Origin: an uncultured Rickettsiales bacterium
GTDB taxonomy: Bacteria > Myxococcota_A > UBA796 > UBA9615 > CAYRNR01
NCBI GenBank assembly: GCA_964436045.1
Contig: CAYTBN010000022.1
Span: 33,616-97,615, forward strand
DNA: 64,000 nt
Direction of reading: 5' to 3'
Every line of letters begins with the position of its first letter. Position 1 is the first letter of the stretch. Below the pieces are notes generated by a model that worked only from the letters and a program-made list of their open reading frames with translations, was not told the DNA's origin and made no database searches. This document shows positions 10,511 through 18,710 of this stretch, piece after piece. The position numbers and the translations under genes are program-made.

Positions 10511-12058
10511 ATGGGCCGGATGTCGAACGACCGCCCCGCCCCACTGCCCGCCCGCCGTGGCTCGCGCCTGCTCCGTCGGCTGTCCATGGCGGCGGTGCTG
10601 ATCCTGCTGATCCGCGGCGGCTGCGGCCATGGGGGTAGTGACCCGGCAGCGGACGGTGGGGGCGCGGCATCGGTCCCGCCGGACCTGGTCCTGGTGCTGG
10701 CCGGCGGGCTGCGGTCCGGCGCGTTCGACGGCGCCGAAGAGGCGTTCATCGGCGGCCTCAGCGCGGAGCCCACCCACCGGTTCACGGCTGCCTACTGCCA
10801 GTCTCTGGCGCCGCTGACGAGCCTCGTCTCGGTGCTCTCGGGGCGCTACCCCTCCGCGATCCCCTTCTGCGGACTCCACTCCGAGACGGCCGAACCCGGC
10901 GCGCGGCTGTGGTGTACCCGCCTGCCGACGGACCGCCACTACCTGCCGGGCGTGCTGGCGGCCTACGGGTATCAGTCGGCGCTGTTCACCACCGGGATGG
11001 CGGGTGCGGACGTCGTCGACGGGTTGTTCGGTCATACCGAGGTGTTGGCGGGTGCCGGTGAGGACGTTCCCTGGGAGCAGCTGGGCCGGGCCGCGGCCGA
11101 CTGGTGGACCGGCGCCGCCGCCTCCCCGCGGCTGCTGATGATCGTGGTGGCCGACATGGGCCTCGAGCAACACCTGGCGTTCACCCCGACCGAGGGCGCG
11201 GCTACGGTCGTGGACGAGACCGGGAAGCGACACCGGGTGATCGAGGCGGCCGGGGCGGTGCCGGCCTACGTGGAGGTGGCCGGCGGGATCGGCAAGCACC
11301 TGGGTGAGGTGGTCGGGGGCCTCGACGCCAGCGACCGACCCCGCTGGATGGCGGCGACGTCGCTGCACGGGCTCAGTGTGGGCGAGCGGACCGGCACCGC
11401 GGACGCCAACGACGGCCAGATCGCGTGGCAGCTCGGCCACCTGGCCCATCACATCATCCTCGACCGCACGGTCCACGTGCCCCTGGTCCTGTTCGCACCC
11501 GGTGGCGGCCGGGCGCGGGCCATCGACACGCCGACGGAGCTCGTCGAGCTCTACCCCACGTTCCTCGCCCTGGCCGGCGCCGCCCCCAGTTCGGGCCGCC
11601 CGGGCGAGGACCTGCTGGCCCCCGTGGCCGGCTCCGGCCAGACCGCATACGTGGAGTTCGGCGACATGCTCGCCCTGCGCTCGGGGAACCACCTGCTGAC
11701 CTTCCGGGCATACGTGCAGGACCGGGCCTCGCTGGACCCGGAGATCACCGACCGGATGTTGTTCGAGAGCATCGACGGCGAGAAGTACAGCCTGTCCGAG
11801 GTCGCCACCGATCCGCTCCAGCTGCGCAACCAGGTCCACGGCCAGTGGGCGACAACCCTGCAGCTCCGCCAGCAGGTCCTCGGGATCCGGCAGGGCATCG
11901 GAGCTTCGCCCGCCGGAGACTCCCGGTCCGCGGAGGAGGGGAACGGACGCCCGCGACGCTCCACCCAAGCCCACGGCGACGGGCACCTCCGAGGGGATCG
12001 CATACACGGCGCTGGCCTCCACCGCGCCCATGGGGTTCGTCTCGCTGACAGGCGGTGA
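10511..12058 (+). CDS. Sulfatase/alkaline-phosphatase-fold protein, degenerate active site; possibly a frameshifted fusion with the next ORF
   Basis: DLVLVLAGGLRS, FTAAYCQS...SVLSGRYP, TSLHG, VHVPLVL, ELVELYPTFLALAG, DPLQLRN. Confidence 0.7.
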   Translation: MGRMSNDRPAPLPARRGSRLLRRLSMAAVLILLIRGGCGHGGSDPAADGGGAASVPPDLVLVLAGGLRSGAFDGAEEAFIGGLSAEPTHRFTAAYCQSLAPLTSLVSVLSGRYPSAIPFCGLHSETAEPGARLWCTRLPTDRHYLPGVLAAYGYQSALFTTGMAGADVVDGLFGHTEVLAGAGEDVPWEQLGRAAADWWTGAAASPRLLMIVVADMGLEQHLAFTPTEGAATVVDETGKRHRVIEAAGAVPAYVEVAGGIGKHLGEVVGGLDASDRPRWMAATSLHGLSVGERTGTADANDGQIAWQLGHLAHHIILDRTVHVPLVLFAPGGGRARAIDTPTELVELYPTFLALAGAAPSSGRPGEDLLAPVAGSGQTAYVEFGDMLALRSGNHLLTFRAYVQDRASLDPEITDRMLFESIDGEKYSLSEVATDPLQLRNQVHGQWATTLQLRQQVLGIRQGIGASPAGDSRSAEEGNGRPRRSTQAHGDGHLRGDRIHGAGLHRAHGVRLADRR

Positions 12059-12806
12059 GTTCGTGATGGGCAGCTCGGACTCGGAACCGGGCCACCAGCC
12101 CTGGGAGGCGCCGCGGCACCTGACCACGGTCGAGCCGTTCCTCATCGCGGAGACCGAGGTGACCGAGGCCCAGTGGCGAGCGGTATCCGAGGGCGGCGGG
12201 GCGAGTTGGACCGGCGGCCGGGACCGGCAGCCGCGACGCTGTGTGATGTGGTGCGACGCGGTACGCTTCGCCAACGCGTTGTCCCGGCTCGAGGGGCTGT
12301 CGGAGGTCTATACCGGCGCCGAGGGCTGTGCGGCCGGCGGGGCCAGCGCGGTCACCTGGAATCCCGACGCCGACGGGTTCCGACTCCCCACCGAGTCCGA
12401 GTGGGAGTTCGCTGCCCGCAGCGGCACGACCACCCGGTTCTGGTCGGGAGACGGGGAGGACGATCTGCTGCGAGTCGGCTTCGTCGACTGCAATGCCGCC
12501 GACCGGTCACCCGTGGGGCGGCGGCCGGCAAGCCCCTTCGGCCTCTACGACATCCACGGCAACGTCTGGGAGTGGGTCTGGGACCCCTTCGCCCCCTACC
12601 AGGACGGCGGCGTGCAAACCCCGGAGGTCGCCAGCAGTGCCGAGCGGCGCGTCGCCCGCGGTGGCGGTTTCTGGCACGGCAGCATCCGTGGCGCGAGGTC
12701 CGCGTCCCGCAGTGTGATGCTCGAAGGGGCAGCGGACCGGGATTGGTGCAAGGACATCGGACTGCGGCTGGCCCTCGATGGGCCCCCGAAACAGGAGGTA
12801 CCTTGA
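12030..12806 (+). CDS. FGE-sulfatase (SUMF1/CLec-fold) domain protein
   Basis: GGEFVMGS, ETEVT, FRLPTESEWEFAAR, FGLYDIHGNVWEW, RGG, IGLRLA. Confidence 0.9.
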   Translation: MGFVSLTGGEFVMGSSDSEPGHQPWEAPRHLTTVEPFLIAETEVTEAQWRAVSEGGGASWTGGRDRQPRRCVMWCDAVRFANALSRLEGLSEVYTGAEGCAAGGASAVTWNPDADGFRLPTESEWEFAARSGTTTRFWSGDGEDDLLRVGFVDCNAADRSPVGRRPASPFGLYDIHGNVWEWVWDPFAPYQDGGVQTPEVASSAERRVARGGGFWHGSIRGARSASRSVMLEGAADRDWCKDIGLRLALDGPPKQEVP

Positions 12807-13948
12807 GACGCGCGACCCTGGCCCTGTGCGCCGCACTCCTGTCGGGCTGCCCCACGGACGGCGACACCCTGGTGGAGGCCGAACCGCTGGACCTCCCGGC
12901 GGATCCGGCCGCGTGGGGGGGCCCGGTCGGCGTCTCGACCTTCGACCAAGACGGAACGGCCATCGAGGTCTGGTATCCGGCTCCGTCGAGCGCCGCCGGA
13001 GCGGCGACCGAGGTCATGGAGATGTGGCAGTTCATCCCGGAGGTCGTCCTGGACACCCTGGGCGGGTTCTCCTTGCCGGAGGTCGACACTCGCGCGATCC
13101 GGGATGCCCCCCTGCGCGCACCGGAGGCCCCGTACCCGGTCGTCGTGTTCTCCCACGGGTTCGGCGGATTCAGGCTACAGTCGGTGGACTTCGCGACCCA
13201 CCTGGCGTCCCGCGGTTATGTGGTCGTGGCCGCCGACCACCCCGGCCGCTCCCTGGGCGCCGTGCTGCCATGCCTGTTCACACCCCCCCTCGAGGGCTGC
13301 AACCTGGAGGCCTGGGGCGGCGAGGACCCAGCGCCCCCCCAGATCGAGGCGATCCTCGAGTGGCTGGAGCTGGCCAACGCGGACGGGGGTGCGCTGGCCG
13401 TTGCACTCGACCTGGACTACATCGGCCTCGCCGGCCACTCCGCAGGCGGCGCCACCGCCTCCCGCGAGGGCGACGCCAACGAGACCTTCGACGCCCTGTT
13501 GCCGATGGGCGGCGCCGACGACATCACCCGCGACGTTCCGACGCTGCTGATGGGCAGCACCTGCGACGGCATGTTCCCGCAGGAGCGGATGGAGGAGATC
13601 CACGCGTCCCTGGCGGACGGCGACCTGCTGGCGATCCACGGCGCCGGCCACCTGGCGTACACCGATCTGTGCGCGCTGGAGCTGGGCGAGTTCGCGGCCA
13701 CCTATCTGGAACCCAGGGACGACGTCAACCCGCTGTTCCTCGACGGACTCGTCCTGCTGGCGATCGACGGCTGCCCGGGCATCGTCCCCGAGGATCCCCC
13801 CGCCGAGGAGTGCGATGGCGGCTACCTGCCGCTGGAGGACAGCTTCCCCGTCGTACGGCACTACTCGACGGTGTTCTTCGACGAGAAGCTGCGCGGGGAG
13901 GGAGAGGGACCGGTGGATGGGGTGATGGAGAACGCGAGCCTGTTGTAG
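12803..13948 (+). CDS. Alpha/beta hydrolase lipoprotein (PAF-AH/dienelactone hydrolase-like)
   Basis: TTG start after AGGAGG; lipobox LSGC; PVVVFSHGFGG, LASRGYVVVAADH, GHSAGG, GAGH. Confidence 0.85.
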   Translation: MRRATLALCAALLSGCPTDGDTLVEAEPLDLPADPAAWGGPVGVSTFDQDGTAIEVWYPAPSSAAGAATEVMEMWQFIPEVVLDTLGGFSLPEVDTRAIRDAPLRAPEAPYPVVVFSHGFGGFRLQSVDFATHLASRGYVVVAADHPGRSLGAVLPCLFTPPLEGCNLEAWGGEDPAPPQIEAILEWLELANADGGALAVALDLDYIGLAGHSAGGATASREGDANETFDALLPMGGADDITRDVPTLLMGSTCDGMFPQERMEEIHASLADGDLLAIHGAGHLAYTDLCALELGEFAATYLEPRDDVNPLFLDGLVLLAIDGCPGIVPEDPPAEECDGGYLPLEDSFPVVRHYSTVFFDEKLRGEGEGPVDGVMENASLL

Positions 13949-13963
13949 GGACTCGGACTCGGA

Positions 13964-15052
13964 CTACCCGTTCCGCCCCTTGAAGTCCGCCATGAACGCG
14001 ACCAGCGCCTGGATCCCCTCCAGGCTCATGGCGTTGTACATCGAGACCCGGATCCCGCCGACGGAGCGGTGGCCCTTGAGGCCGACCAGGCCGTTCTCGG
14101 CGCCCTCGGCGATGAACTGCTTCTCCAGCGCCTCGTCGCGCAGGCGGATCGTGGCGTTCATCCACGAGCGACTGCCGAGTTCGACGGTACCGCGGTAGTA
14201 GCCGTCGGAGTCGTCGATGGCGCGGTAGACCAGCTCCTGCTTGCGGTGGTTGAGCTTCTGGACGGCGTCGAGCCCCCCCTGCTTCTTGACGTGCTCCAGG
14301 TACAGGCGCAGGAAGTAGATGCCGAACGAGTTGGGGGTGTTGAACAGGCTGTCCTTGGACGCCTGCGTCCGGTACTGGAGCAGGGTCGGGATGTCGTCGC
14401 GGCCGGTCTCGATCAGGTCATCGCGGATGACGACCACGGTCACGCCGGAGGGACCCAGGTTCTTCTGGGCGCCCGCGTAGATCAGGCCGAACTGGGACAC
14501 GTCGATGTGGCGGGAGAGGATGTCCGAGGACATGTCGCAGATCAGGGGCCGGTCGCCGGTCTCGGGAAAGCGGTGCCACTGGGTCCCGGCGATGGTGTTG
14601 TTCGACGTGATGTGGACGTAGCGGGCGTCGCTGTCGAAGTCGATCTCGTCCATGGCCGGGATCCGGTTGAAGCGGTGTTCCTCGGACGACCCCGCCAGCC
14701 GGCCGCGGCCGATGATATTGGCCTCGGCGATGGCCTTGCGGCTCCAGGTGCCGGTGTGAACGTAGTCGCCGAACTGCGCCGCGCGCAGGAAGTTCATCGG
14801 CACCATCGCGAACTGCAGGCTCGCCCCCCCTTGCAGGAAGAGGACGTGGTAACCGTCGGGGATCCCCAGCAGCTCCCGAAGCAGCGCGTTGGCGGCCAGG
14901 TTGATCTCGTCGAACTGGGGCGAGCGGTGGCTGCTCTCCATGATCGACATGCCGCTGCCCCGGTAGTCCAGGAACTCGGCCTGGGCCTGCTCGAGCACAT
15001 CCAGCGGTAGGGTCGCGGGACCCGGATTGAAGTTGTAGACCCGGTTCACCAT
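13964..15052 (-). CDS. serC: Phosphoserine aminotransferase
   Basis: YNFNPGPA, QGGASLQF, DMSSD, AGAQKNLGPSG, KGHRSVGGIR. Confidence 0.97.
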   Translation of the reverse strand: MVNRVYNFNPGPATLPLDVLEQAQAEFLDYRGSGMSIMESSHRSPQFDEINLAANALLRELLGIPDGYHVLFLQGGASLQFAMVPMNFLRAAQFGDYVHTGTWSRKAIAEANIIGRGRLAGSSEEHRFNRIPAMDEIDFDSDARYVHITSNNTIAGTQWHRFPETGDRPLICDMSSDILSRHIDVSQFGLIYAGAQKNLGPSGVTVVVIRDDLIETGRDDIPTLLQYRTQASKDSLFNTPNSFGIYFLRLYLEHVKKQGGLDAVQKLNHRKQELVYRAIDDSDGYYRGTVELGSRSWMNATIRLRDEALEKQFIAEGAENGLVGLKGHRSVGGIRVSMYNAMSLEGIQALVAFMADFKGRNG

Positions 15053-15053
15053 C

Positions 15054-15938
15054 TCAGGCGCTCCTTTCGCGGACGAATGCCTCGATGAGTTGTTCGATGA
15101 TCTCGCCGATGCGGCCGAGGTTCTCGAAGGTCGACGCGCCGATGTGGGGAGCCATCAACACGTTGCGGGCACCCACCAGCGGAGAATCCTGAGGCGGATC
15201 GCTGTACCACACGTCGGTGGCGTACCCGGCTACCTTGCCGCTCTCCAGCGCCGCGACCATGTCCGTCTCGACCACGACCTTGCCCCGGGCGGTGTTGACG
15301 ATCCGGATCCCGTCCTTCATCCCGGCGATGGTCTCGGTGTTCAACAAGCCCAGGGTCTCCGGGGTCTGGGGCACGTGGATCGACAGGTAGTCCGATTCGG
15401 CCAGCAGCTCGGCCAGCGACCCCTCGAGTTCCGCGATCTCGTGGCTGTCGACGAAGGCGTCATAGGCGATGACCTTCATGCCGAAGGCCGCGGCCCGACG
15501 GGCGACCTCCGTGCCGATCCGGCCGATCCCGAGTAGTCCCAGCGTCTTGCGGTACAGCTCGCTGCGCTTGAGCTCCTTCTTGGCCCAGATACCCTCGCTC
15601 ATGGTTTGATGGGCACGGACGGTGTGGTTGGGCATCGCCAGCATCAGCGCCAGCGCGAGTTCGGCAACGGCGATACTCGACGCGGCGGCGGTGTTGTGGA
15701 CGATCACGCCATGGTTCGCGGCGTAATCCAGGTCGATGTTGTCCAGACCGACGCCACCGCGGATGATCATCTTGAGCTGGCCCGCCGAGTCGATGTACTC
15801 GGGCGTGCACTTGGTCTTGCTGCGGACCAGCACGATATCGGCGGTCGGCAGCTCGCTCTTGTCGTCGGTGACGGTCCCGAATCGGGCCAGCTTGCCAGGC
15901 AGGTCGGGCCCGAAAGCATCGGAGATGAGGATCTTCAT
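15054..15938 (-). CDS. serA: D-3-phosphoglycerate dehydrogenase (short form, no ACT domain)
   Basis: RGGVGLDNID, GIGRIG, NTARG, PHIGAST; directly upstream of serC. Confidence 0.85.
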   Translation of the reverse strand: MKILISDAFGPDLPGKLARFGTVTDDKSELPTADIVLVRSKTKCTPEYIDSAGQLKMIIRGGVGLDNIDLDYAANHGVIVHNTAAASSIAVAELALALMLAMPNHTVRAHQTMSEGIWAKKELKRSELYRKTLGLLGIGRIGTEVARRAAAFGMKVIAYDAFVDSHEIAELEGSLAELLAESDYLSIHVPQTPETLGLLNTETIAGMKDGIRIVNTARGKVVVETDMVAALESGKVAGYATDVWYSDPPQDSPLVGARNVLMAPHIGASTFENLGRIGEIIEQLIEAFVRERSA

Positions 15939-16079
15939 GGCCGTGTCCTTTCAACCGCGGGCGGGGACGAGCGCCGTGCGCGCAGCGTGCCCGGGCGCGG
16001 CAACGCTGCGGCCCGAAGACATAGCACCTCCCGGTCCGCCTGACCAGAAGCTGCACGAACCGTCCGGGCGGGGGTCTCG

Positions 16080-17309
16080 GTGAGCCCCAGACCGGCCCGG
16101 GTGCTGCTGGTCGCCAACGGCGTCCCGCCCCACCGGTTGGGCGGCGCCGAGCTCGTCGCGTGGCGGGTTGCCCGGGACCTGGTGGCCGCCGGCTTCGAGG
16201 CAGCGATGCTGGCCGTCGACGACGCGCCGGAGGCCCAGCTGGGAGTCCTCGATCGCCGGGAGCGGGACGGGATCGCCCTGTACTCGCTGGGTGCGCAGCG
16301 CGGGCTCGACACCCATCCGCGCGCCCACGAGGCGATGTCCCGGGTGCTGGGCCTCTGGCGGCCGGACGCCGTCTGGGTCCACCACCCCTCGGGGCTGGGC
16401 CTCGAAGCCATCGAAGTCGCGGCAGACCATGGCCCGGCCTTCGCGGTGACCTTCCACGACTACTGGTGGTTCTGTCCCCGCGGCCAGCTCATGGACGCCG
16501 GAGGACGACCCTGCGCGGGTCCGGCCGCCGATCGCTGTCCGGGCTGCCTGGCTCCAGGCGCGCCGAAGCCCCTGCGATCGGCTGCCAGGGCGGTCACTGC
16601 CCGCTGGTGGGCCGACCGGCAAGCCCGAGCCCGCGCCCTGCTGTCCGGCGCCGCGATCCGGACCGCCCCGTCCAGGCACGTGGCCGGTCGCTACCGGGAC
16701 TGGCTGGGGGTCGACGTCGAGTACCTCTCCAACCCGGCGCCCACGGTCCGCCGCCTCCCGGAACAGGCGCGCAGCGGCCCGGTCCGGGTGGGGTACTTCG
16801 GGACGCTGTTGCCCTCCAAGGGGGTCGATGTCCTGGTCCGGGCGGTGCGGCGGGTCGGACCGGGGCGGGTGACGCTGGAGCTCCATGGACCCTTGCCCAC
16901 GGGTGCGCATTGGAGAAGCTGGCGGAGACAGCTGCGGCGTCTCGCCGCCGCCGCGGACGTTCGCTGGGCCGGTCCCTATGGAGCCGAGGAGCTGGACCGC
17001 CGGATGGGGGGAGTCGAGATCGTTGCCGTCCCCAGCTTGTGGGAGGAGAACGCGCCGCTGGTCATCGACGAGGCGCGGGCGGCGGGGCGACCCCTCCTGG
17101 CGTCGGCGGTCGGCGGTCTGGGCGAGCGCCTCGACCACCCGGCGCTGGATCTCCTCTTGCCAGCGGGCGACGTGGAGGCCTGGGCGGCCGCCCTGGCGGA
17201 CACCGCCGGACTACGACGGCGGTCCGTGGCGGCCCTCACTCGCCCCCCCGAGGGCCGGCGCGACGCCCCGGGTATCGGGCAGATCGTGCGCCGTCTCACC
17301 GGCCGTTGA
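16080..17309 (+). CDS. GT4 family glycosyltransferase (same subfamily as 5417..6775)
   Basis: GGAE, HDYWWFCPRGQL...C...CPGC, SKG, PSLWEENAPLVIDEA. Confidence 0.9.
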   Translation: MSPRPARVLLVANGVPPHRLGGAELVAWRVARDLVAAGFEAAMLAVDDAPEAQLGVLDRRERDGIALYSLGAQRGLDTHPRAHEAMSRVLGLWRPDAVWVHHPSGLGLEAIEVAADHGPAFAVTFHDYWWFCPRGQLMDAGGRPCAGPAADRCPGCLAPGAPKPLRSAARAVTARWWADRQARARALLSGAAIRTAPSRHVAGRYRDWLGVDVEYLSNPAPTVRRLPEQARSGPVRVGYFGTLLPSKGVDVLVRAVRRVGPGRVTLELHGPLPTGAHWRSWRRQLRRLAAAADVRWAGPYGAEELDRRMGGVEIVAVPSLWEENAPLVIDEARAAGRPLLASAVGGLGERLDHPALDLLLPAGDVEAWAAALADTAGLRRRSVAALTRPPEGRRDAPGIGQIVRRLTGR

Positions 17310-17334
17310 CGCGGTCTGCCGTGCGCCTTACGCT
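17306..17334 (+). promoter_or_regulatory. Putative sigma70 promoter of the bactofilin-like gene
   Basis: TTGACG-N17-TACGCT. Confidence 0.55.
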
Positions 17335-17420
17335 GGCTTATTCTCGAGATCGACGTCCCGTCAACCGAACCCGTCGCTGTCGGCCCTGATCGCGCCCGCA
17401 GCGACCAAGGAGCGCGGCTA

Positions 17421-18485
17421 ATGAACGAGCGTGCGAGAGGTACCGCAGTCTTCCCCGCAGGCCTCATCCTCCGTCTGGAGGCCGATGGCGCCGTACTGGG
17501 GAACCGAGGCGATGTGATCATCGAGGGCGACCTCTCCTCATCTCTGGGCAAGATCAAGCACGTGTTCTCCGACGGCGGTTCGCTCACGATCGCAGGCGAC
17601 TTCGGGGCCCAGCGGATCGAGGCCAGCGGTGAGGTCATCCTGGAGGGCAACATCAAGGCCAAGCGTATCAAGGGCGATACGGTGCGGCTCGGCGGCGGCA
17701 AGGTGGTCAGCCAGGTGATCCTGGCCGACAGCGAGGTGGAGCTTGCGTGCAAGTCGGTCAAGGCCGACGTGGTGATGGCACCCCAGGTCAGCTTCGGCGC
17801 CGACACCAAGGGCCGGGTCGTGGCCGTGGAGTGCGACAACGACCTGGGTCCGAGCAAGGTCCGCGGCCGGCTCAGCCTGGCCGATTACGTGGACATCGTC
17901 TCGGACGCCACCAACGTGCTCCAGGCCAACGACATTCGGATCCCCGAGATGTCGGACGACGACGAGGAGGACGACGAAGACGAAGACGAGGAGCCCGAAG
18001 AACTGGCGATGGCGCCCCCCGACGACGAGGAGGAGGGGCCCGAGATGGACACCGTCGCCGCCGCCGACGACGACGAGGAGGACGTTTCCCAGGACCTGGA
18101 GATGGAGTCCGCGGAATCTGAAGACAGCGGAAACGAGCCCCCGCCGGGGGCCGATCTGCCGTCGATGGAGATGTTCGTCGCCCAGGACGGAGACGACAAG
18201 GGCGTGCCCGGCATGTCCGACGACGAGGTGGACCGGCTGATCGGCCAGGTCAGCGGCGCCCTCGACAAGATCCAGGACTCCTACACCTCCGGCGAGGCCC
18301 CCCCGCCCGTGGTGTTCCTGCGCAGCCTGATCGACGAGCGACGCCTGGCCTACGTCAAGGCCCAGATCGACAGCATCTGGTCCGACCTGCTCAAGTACCA
18401 CCAGAAAAAGGGCCTCTACATCTCCAACGCCGTCACCCACCAGTTCCAGCAGATCCAGATGGCCATGAGGAAGATCCCCGAGTAG
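17421..18485 (+). CDS. Bactofilin-like beta-helix protein with acidic linker and unknown helical C-terminal domain
   Basis: Gly/hydrophobic periodic repeats (GDVIIEGDL, GSLTIAGDF, GEVILEGNI); D/E-rich middle; AAGGAG RBS. Confidence 0.55.
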   Translation: MNERARGTAVFPAGLILRLEADGAVLGNRGDVIIEGDLSSSLGKIKHVFSDGGSLTIAGDFGAQRIEASGEVILEGNIKAKRIKGDTVRLGGGKVVSQVILADSEVELACKSVKADVVMAPQVSFGADTKGRVVAVECDNDLGPSKVRGRLSLADYVDIVSDATNVLQANDIRIPEMSDDDEEDDEDEDEEPEELAMAPPDDEEEGPEMDTVAAADDDEEDVSQDLEMESAESEDSGNEPPPGADLPSMEMFVAQDGDDKGVPGMSDDEVDRLIGQVSGALDKIQDSYTSGEAPPPVVFLRSLIDERRLAYVKAQIDSIWSDLLKYHQKKGLYISNAVTHQFQQIQMAMRKIPE

Positions 18486-18624
18486 CCGGCTTTCGTCCCT
18501 CATTCCCTGGTGCGAGGCCGGGGCCGAGGCCGAGGCCGCCCCCTGTCCCCTGCGCCCACGCGAACGCGCGCGTACAGCCTTGCCCCCTTGCCCCCGCCTG
18601 ATCTATCATTCGCGCGGCTCGATA

Positions 18625-18650
18625 TTTTGAAATTGTCAAAAAGATTTCAA
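18625..18650. promoter_or_regulatory. Two overlapping AT-rich inverted repeats, putative operator
   Basis: TTTTGA-N5-TCAAAA (18625-18641) and TTGAAAT-N10-ATTTCAA (18627-18650). Confidence 0.5.
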
Positions 18651-18710
18651 GTAGATAGGTCCCCTCGGCGTATCTCGGGAACAGGTTGGACGGGGATCGC
18701 TCGCGAGAGG

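Noticed and set aside
9401-12274. Long antisense or alternate-frame ORFs (also 41517..43853, 49263..51869, 59401..61596, 29915..31996)
   Set aside because: Shadow ORFs of real genes caused by high-GC codon bias; no recognisable motifs
12640-12806. FGE/CLec C-terminus as a diversity-generating retroelement target
   Set aside because: I saw no reverse transcriptase, Avd or template repeat differing at adenines anywhere in the window
12030-12806. Bona fide formylglycine-generating enzyme
   Set aside because: RGGGFWHGSIRGARSASR lacks the catalytic CxxxxC after RGGS
13949-13966. GGACTC x3 between convergent genes
   Set aside because: Too short; no hairpin or recurrence noticed
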